DNA from: Candidatus Fermentibacterota bacterium
GTDB taxonomy: Bacteria > JAFGKV01
DNA length: 64,000 bases
Assembly: GCA_016928395.1 (NCBI GenBank)
Contig: JAFGKV010000186.1
Span: forward strand, 599 to 64,598
Direction of reading: 5' to 3'
Made by a program: the position numbers and the translations under genes. The notes under the pieces are model-generated. The model was not told the DNA's origin, searched no databases, and saw only the letters and a program-made list of their open reading frames with translations. Positions 63,876-64,000 of the stretch are shown here, piece by piece; positions within the stretch are counted from its first letter, which is position 1, and each line of letters starts with the position of its first letter.

Positions 63876-64000
63876 ACTCCCTGGTCGTGATTCCCACCTA
63901 CAATGAACGGACCAATATCACCCAGTTGTTGCCGCAACTTCTGGCGTTGGATCGCCATCTGAACGTGTTGGTCGTCGACGACAATTCTCCGGACGGCACA
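63872..64000 (+). CDS. Second GT2 polyprenyl-phosphate glycosyltransferase, 5' fragment (runs off the window).
   Basis: VNSLVVIPTYNERTNITQLLPQLLALDRHLNVLVVDDNSPDGT; GTG start overlaps the previous stop. Confidence 0.6.
   Translation, partial: MNSLVVIPTYNERTNITQLLPQLLALDRHLNVLVVDDNSPDGT

Noticed and set aside
1-64000. CRISPR arrays, rRNA genes, additional tRNAs.
   Set aside because: No regularly spaced direct repeats of CRISPR type were found. No rRNA-like conserved blocks were seen. Only one tRNA-like cloverleaf (52536-52611) was found by manual scanning for T-arm consensus.

Overview
This is a high-GC (~67%) bacterial chromosomal segment. The T9SS C-terminal sorting domains on secreted peptidases and a GWxTD-domain protein suggest an FCB-group lineage (Rhodothermota- or Gemmatimonadota-like); the lineage call is inference only. 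Gene content, from start to end of the window:

- 1-0.5 kb: the 5' part of an S8 peptidase gene (minus strand), running off the window edge.
- 0.8-9.8 kb: a plus-strand housekeeping run: M1 aminopeptidase with a T9SS C-terminal domain, rsfS, argS, mtnP, a PfkB kinase, lnt, a class-I amidotransferase-like hydrolase and an IMPase.
- 10.9-23.7 kb: a long minus-strand, translationally coupled gene train: GH13 amylase, rlmN, GT2, DUF218, GT2, a B12-binding radical SAM enzyme, a GT2::polyprenyl-phosphate sugar-transferase fusion, a GWxTD protein and a secreted FN3 protein. This is the most unusual system-like feature.
- 24-29.6 kb: URO-D-like protein, MltD-like lytic transglycosylase, DksA/TraR, a Tat-secreted metallophosphoesterase, glgA.
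- 29.8-35.9 kb: a start/stop-overlapping operon of a cytoplasmic hybrid sensor kinase, a secreted parallel beta-helix protein, an ABC ATPase and two paralogous ABC-2 permeases (NosDFY-like architecture).
- 36-41.6 kb: a gene remnant, an MFS transporter, two coupled hypotheticals, a CPBP protease, and an AAA-DUF4143 ATPase.
- 41.6-52.5 kb: an accessory island directly upstream of tRNA-Val(CAC), containing:
  - ankyrin and NUDIX genes plus hypotheticals;
  - decayed gene remnants, including an orphan T9SS C-terminal domain;
  - three toxin-antitoxin modules (RelE-Phd in reverse order, Xre-RES, MazEF);
  - a ~53% GC two-gene cassette (methyltransferase-like protein plus CarboxypepD_reg-LamG secreted protein);
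  - several unexplained repeat families: an AT-rich palindrome CTATTCTA-N3/4-TAGAATAG (one copy split by a ~190-bp inverted-repeat-bounded element), a three-copy ~100-bp repeat, and a GGAATATTCC array.
- 52.7-64 kb: a COG1579 zinc-ribbon protein, rnpB whose 3' end abuts the relA/spoT start codon, a (GTTCAGG)n heptamer repeat, ribD-ribE-ribBA-ribH-nusB, a metallophosphoesterase, a methyltransferase and three glycosyltransferases.

No CRISPR array, integrase or rRNA was seen. All family assignments come from motif reading of the supplied translations, without database searches.
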